Source: Candidatus Hodarchaeota archaeon (GTDB lineage: Archaea; Asgardarchaeota; Heimdallarchaeia; Hodarchaeales; Hodarchaeaceae). From it: a stretch of 44,339 bases of DNA. Made by a program: the position numbers and the translations under genes. The notes below the pieces were generated by a model. The model searched no databases. It was not told where the DNA came from and saw only the letters and a list, made by a program, of their open reading frames with translations. This document shows positions 1-9,666 of this stretch, one piece after another. The DNA lies in contig JAEOTM010000088.1 in assembly GCA_016839815.1 (NCBI GenBank), positions 1-44,339 of the forward strand. The letters are read 5' to 3'. Within the stretch, counting starts at the first letter, position 1. Each line of letters begins with the position of its first letter.

Positions 1-357
1 AAGAAAATGTTATTGTATCCCACATCAGTCCTACAGGATCAAACGAATCTATATGAGTTCGGAGCTTCCTTGATAACAAAAATATCTAATAATCATGACT
101 ATTTTCATATCTCAATCGATCTAGATGTCCTTGACCCGAGTTTTGCGCCTGGTGTAGGCAATCCAGTGTCATGTGGACTCTCTAGTAGGGATTTAGTCTC
201 ATTAGTCTCTGGTATATTTAGCGGTCTTTCTTTAAAGAAAAAATTCAGTTGGGATATTGTGGAATATAATCCTTTGTATGATATCGCTGATATTACGGCA
301 TTTTTTATCATAAAGCTCCTAATTGAATCATTAGGAGAACAAATTCATTTCCTTTAG
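1..357 (+). CDS. Agmatinase/arginase-family ureohydrolase, C-terminal part (5'-truncated by the window edge)
   Basis: HISIDLDVLDPSFAPGVGNP..GLSSRDL and DIVEYNPLYD ureohydrolase motifs; frame open from base 1. Confidence 0.85.
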   Translation, partial: KKMLLYPTSVLQDQTNLYEFGASLITKISNNHDYFHISIDLDVLDPSFAPGVGNPVSCGLSSRDLVSLVSGIFSGLSLKKKFSWDIVEYNPLYDIADITAFFIIKLLIESLGEQIHFL

Positions 358-513
358 GTTTATTATTTGTTCATTTTCACATTTTACAGAATCAGTAAAC
401 ACAGACTTTGTTGTTATCCCTTTTCCTCTGAAGATTGCTTTATCTTTAAGTAATCAGCTGAGAAAAATAAAAAAGGAATGCATTATTTCTCCCGGAATAA
501 TTGGTGAAAATCT

Positions 514-1725
514 ATGACACGAGATCCAAGTAGCTTTTTTGTCACTGAAATGGAAGAAATTCGATCTGCAGGTAGAGAATGGGTTCATCGAACTTTGCAA
601 GGAGCTTCTGATACTGTATGTAATGTTGAGGGTAAAGAGGTCATTATGTTATGTTCAAATAACTACCTAGGACTAAGTAATCACCCTAAAATGAAGGAAG
701 CAGCTATCCAAGCTATCAAAACACATGGAGTCGGATCAGGATCTGTTAGAGCAATCGCAGGCAATATGGATTTACATGTACAACTAGAAGAACGACTAGC
801 TAAATTCAAAGAACAAGAAGCAGGCTTTGTTACCTCAGCTGGTTTTACAGCGAATGAAGGAATCATTCCTCAGCTTGCTCCTGACAAAGAGGATATTATT
901 CTGTCAGACGAGCTTAACCATGGATCAATAATTGATGGAGTACGTTTATCGAAAGCGAAGCGCGCTGTTTACAAACACAATGATATGAGCGACTTAGAAA
1001 AAGTATTAGCTGAGTTAGACAAACAAAATCCAAGAAGAATTCTTCTAATTACGGATGGAGTATTTTCTATGGACGGTGATGCCGCAAAAATAGATGAAAT
1101 TTACAAGATTGCTTCTCCTTATGGTGCAATGATATATGTTGATGATGCACATGGAGACGGAGTACTTGGGCGTAATCATTCAGGAAGAGGGCTTGTTGAT
1201 CATTACAACTTACAAGGTAAAGTAGATATAGAAATGGGAACCTTTTCAAAAGCCTTTGGTACGATGGGCGGATCGGTTGTCGGTTCGAAGGAATTAGTTA
1301 CTTGGTGTAGAAATAAAACTCGATCGTACTTGCTTTCTGGAAGTCACCCACCTGCAACTGCCGCAGCTTCAATTAAGGCGTTGGATCTTATTGAATATGA
1401 GGAGCCAGATTTGGTACCTCGTTTGTGGGAAAATATTAATTATTTTAAAAATGGGATTATTGAAATGGGGTATAATCATGAGATTACTAGTGCCTCCACT
1501 ACCGCTATTATCCCAATTATTTGTGGAGATCCATTAAAAGCAAAAGAAATCTCTGATTCGCTTTATTTCGATTACGGTATTTTTGCTCTTCCAATAGTTT
1601 TTCCAATGGTACCTAGAGGGTTAGATAGAATTCGTGTACAAGCGAATGCTGCTCTTACAAGGAATCAATTAGACGAGGGACTCCGTGCCTTTGAGGAACT
1701 TGGGAATAAATTAAAAATTCTCTAA
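514..1725 (+). CDS. kbl: Glycine C-acetyltransferase / 8-amino-7-oxononanoate synthase family PLP enzyme
   Basis: CSNNYLGL, SDELNHGSIIDG, TDGVFSMDGD, DDAHG, GTFSKAFG (PLP lysine); GGTGA RBS upstream. Confidence 0.88.
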   Translation: MTRDPSSFFVTEMEEIRSAGREWVHRTLQGASDTVCNVEGKEVIMLCSNNYLGLSNHPKMKEAAIQAIKTHGVGSGSVRAIAGNMDLHVQLEERLAKFKEQEAGFVTSAGFTANEGIIPQLAPDKEDIILSDELNHGSIIDGVRLSKAKRAVYKHNDMSDLEKVLAELDKQNPRRILLITDGVFSMDGDAAKIDEIYKIASPYGAMIYVDDAHGDGVLGRNHSGRGLVDHYNLQGKVDIEMGTFSKAFGTMGGSVVGSKELVTWCRNKTRSYLLSGSHPPATAAASIKALDLIEYEEPDLVPRLWENINYFKNGIIEMGYNHEITSASTTAIIPIICGDPLKAKEISDSLYFDYGIFALPIVFPMVPRGLDRIRVQANAALTRNQLDEGLRAFEELGNKLKIL

Positions 1726-1735
1726 TTTTTCCTTT

Positions 1736-2161
1736 CTATTCTTCCTCATGTTCGGTATGAATTACTCTACGATTATTTTTTACCATTACTTTCCCAGAAT
1801 ATCTGAATACTTGGGAACAATCGGGACAGTACCAATATTTTCTTGAGGCTTCATCCCCGCTTGAGAACTGATAGAAACCCTGAAATATAGCATTAGGGTG
1901 TCGACAACGTTTAGATTTTCGTTGCTTAAATGTTTGGGTCATTAATTTTGGAATGGGTGGGGGTTCATCTTCCAAAATCCGTGTCTTGTCTTTTTCTGTA
2001 TGATCTATTATTGTTGTTTCTTGAAATGCTTCAATATTGACCTTTTTACCTTCTGAAATTGCTTTTTTACACATTGGACACCAATAAATCAATTTCCTCT
2101 CTGATCCAATCCTTTTTGTTGTAATGAGCGTACCACAGATTTCACAAAATGGACTGGTCAT
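1736..2161 (-). CDS. TFS/RPB9-like two-zinc-ribbon transcription factor paralogue
   Basis: N-terminal FCEICG..CPMC ribbon; C-terminal QFSSGDE..YWYCPDC resembles the QxRSADE..CxxC ribbon of TFS. Confidence 0.7.
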   Translation of the reverse strand: MTSPFCEICGTLITTKRIGSERKLIYWCPMCKKAISEGKKVNIEAFQETTIIDHTEKDKTRILEDEPPPIPKLMTQTFKQRKSKRCRHPNAIFQGFYQFSSGDEASRKYWYCPDCSQVFRYSGKVMVKNNRRVIHTEHEEE

Positions 2162-2370
2162 TATAATATACCCCGTTTCAATTTTGATTGGTATATTTCA
2201 GAAATTATTTCTTTTTTCTCACGCACTTCCCTTCTACTAAATTTATCTGTAATCCTTGAATTTGCTTTAAACACAAGTAAATAGGTATAAACTGCTTATA
2301 TTTTGAAAAATCTATTTTGTATGTAAGTAATTCCATAGTGAGAAGTTGAAATCAAGATTAACAATTTATA

Positions 2371-4341
2371 GTGGAGATTTTTGTGAAAATTCCTTTTTTG
2401 GGTAAGGTACGGCTTCATTGGTGTAATAACTGCCAGGTTCCTTTGATTCGAAAAAATTGTAGTGTATGTGGTAACTCTGGAGAAAAGCTTCAGATCACTC
2501 CACCCGGTGATATTCGGCCTGCCTTTGAAGGGGATATTAAGCGATTAATAGAGTTAATAAAAAGGCAGTACGGAGAAGAATCGGCAATTAAATTTGAAAT
2601 TATGATTCAAAATCATATCCTCCTTCTTAACAAAGTACCTTATATTGATCGAATGGATGAGATTTATTTTCTTGGGAGAGTAATCGGATTACTAAGATTC
2701 AACCCTCTCAAGGACGACTTTGAACTTGTCCCCAAACTCTCTCTTGCGGAAAAATTGTGGAGTATGAATGCTTCAGGTTGGGTTGAGGTCGATATTGGGG
2801 CAAAAGAGCCAATAAAGAAGGGTGCTTCTGTTTTAACTCCTGGTATCCTAGAAGTTCATGGAAAAATCAATTTAAATGATCCAGTTATAATAGTATGTCA
2901 ACAAGAGGTAATTGCTGTCGGTTTAGCAAAGATGACGGATCAAACTATGCTTACTACCCCTCGTGGTGTGGCTATAAAAACAAAATATCGAAAAAAAACG
3001 CAATTAAACGACTCGTTTTCTCCTTCATCTTGGGAGAAAATTATTGAAGCCAATCATCAATCCCTAGCTTATATCGAGGATGAAGCAATTCGATTTATCG
3101 AAAAAACTGCTGAAAACTTCAGAAGTGTTGTGGTAGCATATTCTGGGGGAAAGGACTCCCTAGTTACTCTGAACCTCGTAGCTCAATCTGATGTTCCTTA
3201 TGATATTATTTTTGCTGATACAGGATTAGAGTATCCAGAAACCATTGAAAACATCGAATTAATTGCAAAGACATTCGGTCGGAGAATTCTATCGGATGAA
3301 AATGAGACATGGGATTTTTGGGATCGTTTTGAGCATTTTGGTCCTCCAACTAGAAATTCACGTTGGTGTTGCAAATCAGCGAAACTTGCACCTGTAAATA
3401 CGATATTAGAAAAAAACTTCCCAAACGAAGATCAAGTATTAACTTTTTTGGGAAAACGTCGTTATGAATCCTTTGGCCGCTCCCAAGAACCACGTATATC
3501 CAAAAATCCTTGGATTCCCAAACAAATCTCTGCTTCTCCAATAAATAATTGGAGTGCATTTGAAGTATATTTATATATTAAATCTAGAGATCTAATGAGC
3601 CTACTTAACCCACTGTACTCTCAAGGTTTCATTCGAATCGGTTGCTGGGTATGTCCAGCCTCCTCCTTAGCAGATTTCTCAATTATGAAGGAGACTCATC
3701 CTAATCTTCTTGAGCAACTCACTCAAAAACTATCAAACATTAGATCTCATCGTGATTATCCAATTCAATACTTGACATGGGGCCTCTGGCGATGGAAAAT
3801 TCTTCCGTCAAAGGTTTTGAAAATATTAAAGAGAATGAATATCACGTATAAAATTCAAGGTTCCCCATCGGACTATGATACACAGCTACAATTTCATGTT
3901 ACCCGTTCTCCTTCTCCGTGTGTTTTAGGAGGCTATTCTAGTTATCTTTCTGCGAACCAAATGTTAGAATTAGAATTAATTAACAATTTACTGCCCATTA
4001 TGGGCAAAACACAATTTAATGACGAATTAGATATTTTAATCTCCATTGATGTCAATGAGAGTCGAACAGATATTTTTAGGGATGGATCAGTGATAGTTAG
4101 AGATGTTTCACAAGAAAAACTGAAGATCACAAATGTAGAATTTGTTAAAACTATCTTTCGGATTACTTATTGTGATGGATGTGGTGTCTGTACCTTTAAT
4201 TGCGAAGAAGAGGCCTTATTACTTTCTGACGGAAAAGTTAAAGTCGATCTCGAAAAGTGTATCCACTGTAAAAGATGTAATAGTTTTTGTCCTTTGTTAC
4301 GATATCGTAGTGATTCTAGCTTTTTTATTGAAAGAGACTAG
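2371..4341 (+). CDS. PAPS-reductase-family (PP-loop) protein with Zn ribbon, PUA domain and C-terminal 2x[4Fe-4S] domain
   Basis: WCNNC..CSVC; PUA-like GASVLTPGI; AYSGGKDS PP-loop; RWCCK; RIGCWVCP; CDGCGVC and CIHCKRCNSFCP. Confidence 0.85.
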   Translation: MEIFVKIPFLGKVRLHWCNNCQVPLIRKNCSVCGNSGEKLQITPPGDIRPAFEGDIKRLIELIKRQYGEESAIKFEIMIQNHILLLNKVPYIDRMDEIYFLGRVIGLLRFNPLKDDFELVPKLSLAEKLWSMNASGWVEVDIGAKEPIKKGASVLTPGILEVHGKINLNDPVIIVCQQEVIAVGLAKMTDQTMLTTPRGVAIKTKYRKKTQLNDSFSPSSWEKIIEANHQSLAYIEDEAIRFIEKTAENFRSVVVAYSGGKDSLVTLNLVAQSDVPYDIIFADTGLEYPETIENIELIAKTFGRRILSDENETWDFWDRFEHFGPPTRNSRWCCKSAKLAPVNTILEKNFPNEDQVLTFLGKRRYESFGRSQEPRISKNPWIPKQISASPINNWSAFEVYLYIKSRDLMSLLNPLYSQGFIRIGCWVCPASSLADFSIMKETHPNLLEQLTQKLSNIRSHRDYPIQYLTWGLWRWKILPSKVLKILKRMNITYKIQGSPSDYDTQLQFHVTRSPSPCVLGGYSSYLSANQMLELELINNLLPIMGKTQFNDELDILISIDVNESRTDIFRDGSVIVRDVSQEKLKITNVEFVKTIFRITYCDGCGVCTFNCEEEALLLSDGKVKVDLEKCIHCKRCNSFCPLLRYRSDSSFFIERD

Positions 4342-4441
4342 CTTAATTTTTTGTAAAAATAGACTTGAGTTAGAAGAGTAGAAAAGCAAAAAACCCTGCC
4401 CTAAAAGTTCCCCTTGAATTGTTTTTAGAGGTTTAACACTT

Positions 4442-4984
4442 TTGACCGGACGTAAAGATCGAGTTATTGATGGTGCAAAGTCCATTCTGTTAACCAGAGG
4501 CTTTGAAGTAACTTCTGAAGTTGAAAATGAAGAGTGTCACGATATTTTTGGCAAAAATCCTGAAGGACAGACTATCATCGTACGGATTCCTGAAAAAGAA
4601 GTTGTTGGTGTTAGTGAACTAAGAGATTACAAAGAGGAAATTGAAGAAAAAGGGTATGATTTTGCCCTACTCCTTGCATTAAACAAATACACTCACTACG
4701 CTAAAAGAGAGGCAAAAGCAGCCAATATTGAGACTTTTTCAATTAAATTTCCGTTTTTTAATTTATTTAAACATTATCTCGTTCCAGTCCACGAATTTGC
4801 TACTGAATCGGAAATTAAAGAATTAGAGGAAAAATATTCAATTTTCACCTATCAACTTCCGAAAATTTCAGCTGAAGATCCAGCAGTTCAACTTTTAGGA
4901 GCAAAAGTTGGAGATGTTTTGAAAATTAAACGAGATAGTCCAACTGCTGGTGAATTCTTAGTCTATCGAACAGTGGTTCCATAA
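4442..4984 (+). CDS. rpoH: RNA polymerase subunit Rpo5 (H) with an N-terminal extra domain (RPB5-like length)
   Basis: C-terminal HYLVPVHE..LPKISAEDPAV..GDVLKIKRDSPTAGE..YRTVV is Rpo5; about 105 aa additional N-terminal domain; TTG start. Confidence 0.9.
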   Translation: MTGRKDRVIDGAKSILLTRGFEVTSEVENEECHDIFGKNPEGQTIIVRIPEKEVVGVSELRDYKEEIEEKGYDFALLLALNKYTHYAKREAKAANIETFSIKFPFFNLFKHYLVPVHEFATESEIKELEEKYSIFTYQLPKISAEDPAVQLLGAKVGDVLKIKRDSPTAGEFLVYRTVVP

Positions 4985-5163
4985 TTTAACCCTGAATTTC
5001 CCTCAAGATGTAATATAATTTTATAACCAATGACATAAAAAAGTCAATGAAGGGGGTTCAAAGTGACCTCAAACGTCTCCAGATTCGCTCTAAAAACATT
5101 ATCACAGACAAGAGATACGTTGACTTAGTGAAATTGAATAATCCATCATAAGAGGAATAAATA

Positions 5164-6459
5164 TTGAAAAAACTGAAGAAAACTTACGTCTTATTTCTGT
5201 TTGTCATTTTTCTAACTGCGGTCGCAATAAATGATAACCATTCAGCCTCAATGATTGTCAAAGGTGCAGTATCCCCCACTCTCGAATCAGATATTGTGAT
5301 TGGTATAGATATGGTTCATGATAATAATATTTCTGAAAGTCAACTTAGCAATCTAACTACATTACTAAACCAAATATTTAGCCCAGATGAAGATGTAAAG
5401 TTTCTTAGCGATAATTTAAACGAGGACACTCTTGGATCAATAGACGTTCTCCTTGTTTTAGCTCCTACCACTTCCTATACCGATTCAGAAGTTCAAAATA
5501 TTGAGGAGTTCGTAAAAGATGGGAATTCAATGCTTGTAGCTGCAGGGTACATGAATCAAACAACCGAGAATGCCAATGAGATTCTTGATGTATTTGGCCT
5601 TTCATTTAACCTCTCCAGTTCACTAATACCTTCTGAAGTAAGAGAGAATAACGAAACAGTTCAACAATACGAGTATCTTGCTCGTGATTTTACTACTCCC
5701 ATTACTCCTATAACAGAGAATATCTCTCAGATCCAATTGCCTAATGCTTTGGGAATTTCATTCAATGAATCAAAGTTAGATACTTATGTCTCTCCTGCGA
5801 TTACCTATTTTAATCCATTACTACTTAAGGATTCAACAAACAATGCAACAGAAAATAATACCTTAGCATCTACTTTGGAATTTGAAAATGGTGCACGTAT
5901 TTTAACAATAGGCTCTTCTGATATGTTTAATGACTCATATATTGAACCATTAGATAATACAACAAATGTTTTCATTGATAACTCTGATTTTATCATCAAC
6001 TCTATTAGATGGCTTGGTCGAAATACAGGAATTATGAGTTTTTATAACCCTTGGACTGATCATGAAGGTCAATCTGTTAAACTAGGGGTGATTATCAATG
6101 GCAATGTTACCTTAGTAAACTCTCAAAATGAGAGTCTGTCTCAAACTCAAATATTCATTGCACTGGAGCGATCAGGATCGATTTTAACTCAACGAATTAT
6201 GAATGTTGATCCTTCAAATTCATCCAGATTCTTTGGAAGTGTGGATACAGATGGATTGAGTGGTGGTAGCTGTGATATTATCTTCATTGCGAATCGAATT
6301 GGGTATCTCCCGATTCAAGTGTTTGCAGGTAGAATTTATTTAGAAAGTCCTTTTCCCTCTCCTAAATTACCGAATTTTGCTCTATTTGGGCTTTTAATTG
6401 CTGTCTTAATCTTATTTATCTCATCGGCGTTTCTCGTCCGATTAAACTTAAAAGAATGA
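5164..6459 (+). CDS. OST48/Wbp1 (DDOST)-like oligosaccharyltransferase subunit (GldG/IFT52-type domain)
   Basis: Signal peptide, single C-terminal TM, 431 aa; IEEFVKDGNSMLVAA, ARILTIGSSDMFND..N..IRWL..G and NRIGY resemble conserved OST48 blocks as recalled (FIDGGGSVLVAA, ARVVFSGSLDFFSD, NRLGY). Confidence 0.7.
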   Translation: MKKLKKTYVLFLFVIFLTAVAINDNHSASMIVKGAVSPTLESDIVIGIDMVHDNNISESQLSNLTTLLNQIFSPDEDVKFLSDNLNEDTLGSIDVLLVLAPTTSYTDSEVQNIEEFVKDGNSMLVAAGYMNQTTENANEILDVFGLSFNLSSSLIPSEVRENNETVQQYEYLARDFTTPITPITENISQIQLPNALGISFNESKLDTYVSPAITYFNPLLLKDSTNNATENNTLASTLEFENGARILTIGSSDMFNDSYIEPLDNTTNVFIDNSDFIINSIRWLGRNTGIMSFYNPWTDHEGQSVKLGVIINGNVTLVNSQNESLSQTQIFIALERSGSILTQRIMNVDPSNSSRFFGSVDTDGLSGGSCDIIFIANRIGYLPIQVFAGRIYLESPFPSPKLPNFALFGLLIAVLILFISSAFLVRLNLKE

Positions 6460-6481
6460 AGATTTTTTCCAATCTTTCATT

Positions 6482-6811
6482 TTAATCTATTAAGGGCTCA
6501 GCAGAAATCTCAAACGCTTCAGGAAGCAGCAATAAATAATCTAGGTTTCCTAAGTTTAGTATTTCAAAATCATATTGCCTTATAAGAGCATTTAGTGACT
6601 GGAGGAATCGTTTAGCTTCAAGTGATCTGGTGATACGAAAATCTCGGAAAAAAAGGACCAAAACATTTTGTTTCATCATCTCTAATTCGATTTCATCACT
6701 ATCTCGGATATCCTGAATAGAAATACATCTCACTCTTTGAGATTTCCCTTTAAATTGACGGTGGAGATTATTCCGTATTGTAGATATGAAAGTGCTCATG
6801 TTTTTTCCCAA
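6482..6811 (-). CDS. sepF: SepF-like cell-division protein (divergent)
   Basis: Size and pattern RCISIQDIRD..NVLVLFF..KRFLQSL..LGNLDYLLLLP fit the archaeal SepF core; start may be the internal ATG (MSTF). Confidence 0.55.
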   Translation of the reverse strand: MGKNMSTFISTIRNNLHRQFKGKSQRVRCISIQDIRDSDEIELEMMKQNVLVLFFRDFRITRSLEAKRFLQSLNALIRQYDFEILNLGNLDYLLLLPEAFEISAEPLID

Positions 6812-7042
6812 TGGTATAGGTTCAGGATAAGGGATGAGGAGAACTTGCAGGAGCTATAATATCGTGTTCTTATTGAGAAATACCAACAAGTAATAAAACT
6901 CATCATATTATCCAGCTCATATATTTCGTACGGATCGTTTCTTTCAGTCGTAAATTGATATTCCTTCCAGCTAAAACCTGAAAATCAATAATACAGATGG
7001 AAATGGATTTTGAATGGGTATTACTTCAGAAAGTGGGGAAAA

Positions 7043-7188
7043 CGGGCCCGATGAGATTCGAACTCATGACCCCTGCGTATCTTCAAGACAAAAATCAAAT
7101 TGTCTTTCCGCAGCGCAGTACTCTGTCTGGTAATGCTACGTTCATAACGAAAGATTTAGCATTTTTATCCAGGCTAAGCCACGGGCCC
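7043..7188 (-). tRNA. tRNA-Arg(GCG) with two introns (D-loop 20a/21, 42 nt, 7125-7166; canonical 37/38, 29 nt, 7079-7107)
   Basis: Acceptor GGGCCCG/CGGGCCC, T arm ATGAG-TTCGAAT-CTCAT, anticodon stem CTGCG/CGCAG, anticodon GCG at 7111-7109; removing both inserts gives a 75-nt cloverleaf; CCA not encoded. Confidence 0.9.
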
Positions 7189-7507
7189 TTCATATGTACA
7201 TTTTAGTAAATCTAGGGTTCTAATTAAGCAAAATATTAGAATTTGAAATAGCTTTTGGATCTCAACCCTTTGGATGTTTAATACTCATTTCAGCTATACG
7301 ATTCAGTTTTCTCTGATTTCCTTAAGAATTTAAAGCATTATTTCAATTAAAGAAGATTTTTTATGGCTTACGGATATTTCATATCTATAAAATGTATTTG
7401 AATCCTATGCAAAGAAGTTTTGGTAACGAAACAAAAACAAATAAAAGATGATAATATCTTCAAATTTTGGTAAGGAAATTTCTTTCTAGTTGGTAAGGTG
7501 AATTGGT

Positions 7508-7885
7508 ATGAAAACTCCAACATTATTAGGTACAATTGTTTTTGGATTCAGTATTCTGATTACTGCAATTGCTGTATTTCGATTAGACTTCATTTTGACA
7601 AGTGAACCCAGAGATGAGTATTTTGAATTGTCATTCATTTGGATTGCAGGTATTATTGGTGGTTTTGGGATGGGATATGGAAGTCGTGAGAGTTTTGGCT
7701 ATAATGAAGGAAATAATGCTACAATTATTGGAGGTATGGGCTTTATTGTTAGTGTAATTCTCGCGATATGGATGATGATAAATGAGACACCTCCCCTCAT
7801 GGGGATTGCAATTGCATTTGTAGGTTCAATATTAGCCCTCATTGGTCTGTATATAGTCATAGTTTCAACACAAGAATCTTATTAA
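7508..7885 (+). CDS. Small 4-TM membrane protein, unknown function (weak OSTC/Ost3-TM resemblance)
   Basis: Four hydrophobic segments; GGTGA RBS upstream. Confidence 0.6.
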   Translation: MKTPTLLGTIVFGFSILITAIAVFRLDFILTSEPRDEYFELSFIWIAGIIGGFGMGYGSRESFGYNEGNNATIIGGMGFIVSVILAIWMMINETPPLMGIAIAFVGSILALIGLYIVIVSTQESY

Positions 7886-7977
7886 TCTTCTACCTCCTAG
7901 AACCCGTGAACTATTGTTTCTTAAGCGTGATAATACATTAAATTATGAAGTAGGGAAAGATTCCTTCTTCCATTTTT

Positions 7978-9321
7978 TTACTTTCTTTTCAAGACATCAA
8001 TAATAATTTCTTCTAAGGATGGCTTACCAAGCTCTTCCAAATTATATGTAACTCTAACTGATGGCTTTTTTATGGTTAACAATCTCGCTAAATTGATTGG
8101 TGTACCAATAATAACTGTATCGCAATCAACTGCATTAATAGTTTCCTCAAGTTCCTTCATCTGTTTCTCACCATATCCCATAGCAGGTAAAACATCTGAA
8201 AGATGGCTATACTTTTGATACGTGTCTCGAATACTCCCAATCGCATAGGGCCGAGGATCAATGATTTCCTTGGCATTATACTGTGTCGCTGCAATATGAC
8301 CTGCTCCATATTTCATTTCCCCATGGGTTAAAGTTGGACCATCTTCAACAACAAGCACTTTCATATTTTTAATCAGTTCTGGATCTTCCGCTGTAATCGG
8401 TGAATTTGCGATTAAAATTCTAGCCTTTGGATTCAACTCTTCAATACTCTTCTTAAGCTTATCAACGTTTTCAGAAGGTGCAGTTGCTGCTTTATTGATA
8501 ATAACGACATCAGCACTACGAGCATTTACTTCCCCTGGAAAATATGATCTTTCATGACCAAGTCGATGTGGGTCAGCTATAGTAATCGTGAGGTCTGCTT
8601 CATAGAAACTCCAATCATTATTACCTCCATCAAAAAGAATTACGTCTGCTTCCTTTTCTGCAGCTCGGAGAATTTCTTCAAAATCTACCCCAGCAAAAAC
8701 CAGGTTTCCTTCAATAATATGAGGTTCGTATTCCTCCATCTCCTCAATTGTACACTCATGCTTTTTTAAGTCTTCATACGTCTCAAATCTTTGACACCGT
8801 TGTTTTTCCAAATCCCCATAAGGCATGGGGTGGCGAATAACGGCAACTCTTTTTCCCTGCTTGCGTAAAATCTTTCCAATCTTTCGTGTAGTTTGACTCT
8901 TACCCGATCCAGTTCTTACTGCAAGTACTGATATTACAGGTAGTGAAGATTTAATCATTGTATGTTTTGGACCAAGAATTCGGAAATCTGCCCCGTTAGC
9001 TAGTACTAATGATGCTAAGTTCATTACATACTCATAAGATAAGTCTGAATAGGCTAGTATAACTTGCTCAACATTATTTGCTTTAATAAGATCAGCTATC
9101 TCATCTTCTGGATGTATGGGTATCCCTTCAGGATAAAGGTTTCCTGATAACGCAGAAGGATAACTTCTGTCTGATATATCGGGGATTTGTGTTGCTGTGA
9201 AAGCGACGATTTCGTAATTTTCATTATTTCGAAAGTAAGTATTGAAGTTATGGAAATCCCTTCCAGCAGCTCCCAGTATTAGTGCTTTTATCCTTTTCAT
9301 GGTATACCTCTCTTTAATCAT
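7978..9321 (-). CDS. Cyclic 2,3-diphosphoglycerate synthetase-like P-loop protein
   Basis: GAAGRDFHNFN, AVRTGSGKS, RHPMPYGDL, DGGNND, VEDGPTLTHG, LPAMGYG. Confidence 0.85.
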   Translation of the reverse strand: MIKERYTMKRIKALILGAAGRDFHNFNTYFRNNENYEIVAFTATQIPDISDRSYPSALSGNLYPEGIPIHPEDEIADLIKANNVEQVILAYSDLSYEYVMNLASLVLANGADFRILGPKHTMIKSSLPVISVLAVRTGSGKSQTTRKIGKILRKQGKRVAVIRHPMPYGDLEKQRCQRFETYEDLKKHECTIEEMEEYEPHIIEGNLVFAGVDFEEILRAAEKEADVILFDGGNNDWSFYEADLTITIADPHRLGHERSYFPGEVNARSADVVIINKAATAPSENVDKLKKSIEELNPKARILIANSPITAEDPELIKNMKVLVVEDGPTLTHGEMKYGAGHIAATQYNAKEIIDPRPYAIGSIRDTYQKYSHLSDVLPAMGYGEKQMKELEETINAVDCDTVIIGTPINLARLLTIKKPSVRVTYNLEELGKPSLEEIIIDVLKRK

Positions 9322-9666
9322 GTTTGATAGGTAATTTTCTATTTAGATTTTTAAAATATTCTCTCATCGAAGATTTGACAATAATATATCACCAAAGAAG
9401 AAATTTAAGAGTCCTCATTAAACCTGTCTAACCATTGAGTCAATCCAGTAATTTTAAATCAGAAAAGGTTCCCTTTTTATCCCAATAACTGAGAGGTCTG
9501 ATAGCATTCGGTTATTTATCTTTTTTTCGGAAGAGTAGCTGGTATTCTAGGCTTTTTTTGACTACCCCTCACCTGATATTCATTAACTTACGTATTTTTC
9601 CATTCCATCGAAAATTCTAAATAACTCATGAAAAAACGTCTTTCTGCTTAGTTTGGTGAACATACG

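Noticed and set aside
405-432. GTTATCCC..CTGA as a box C/D guide
   Set aside because: No upstream C box or terminal stem
5041-5095. SECIS-like ATGA..AAA element downstream of rpoH
   Set aside because: The 3' GA of the non-Watson-Crick quartet is missing and neighbouring genes have no in-frame TGA
6997-7206. 69-aa ORF on the plus strand
   Set aside because: Antisense shadow of the intron-containing tRNA-Arg gene
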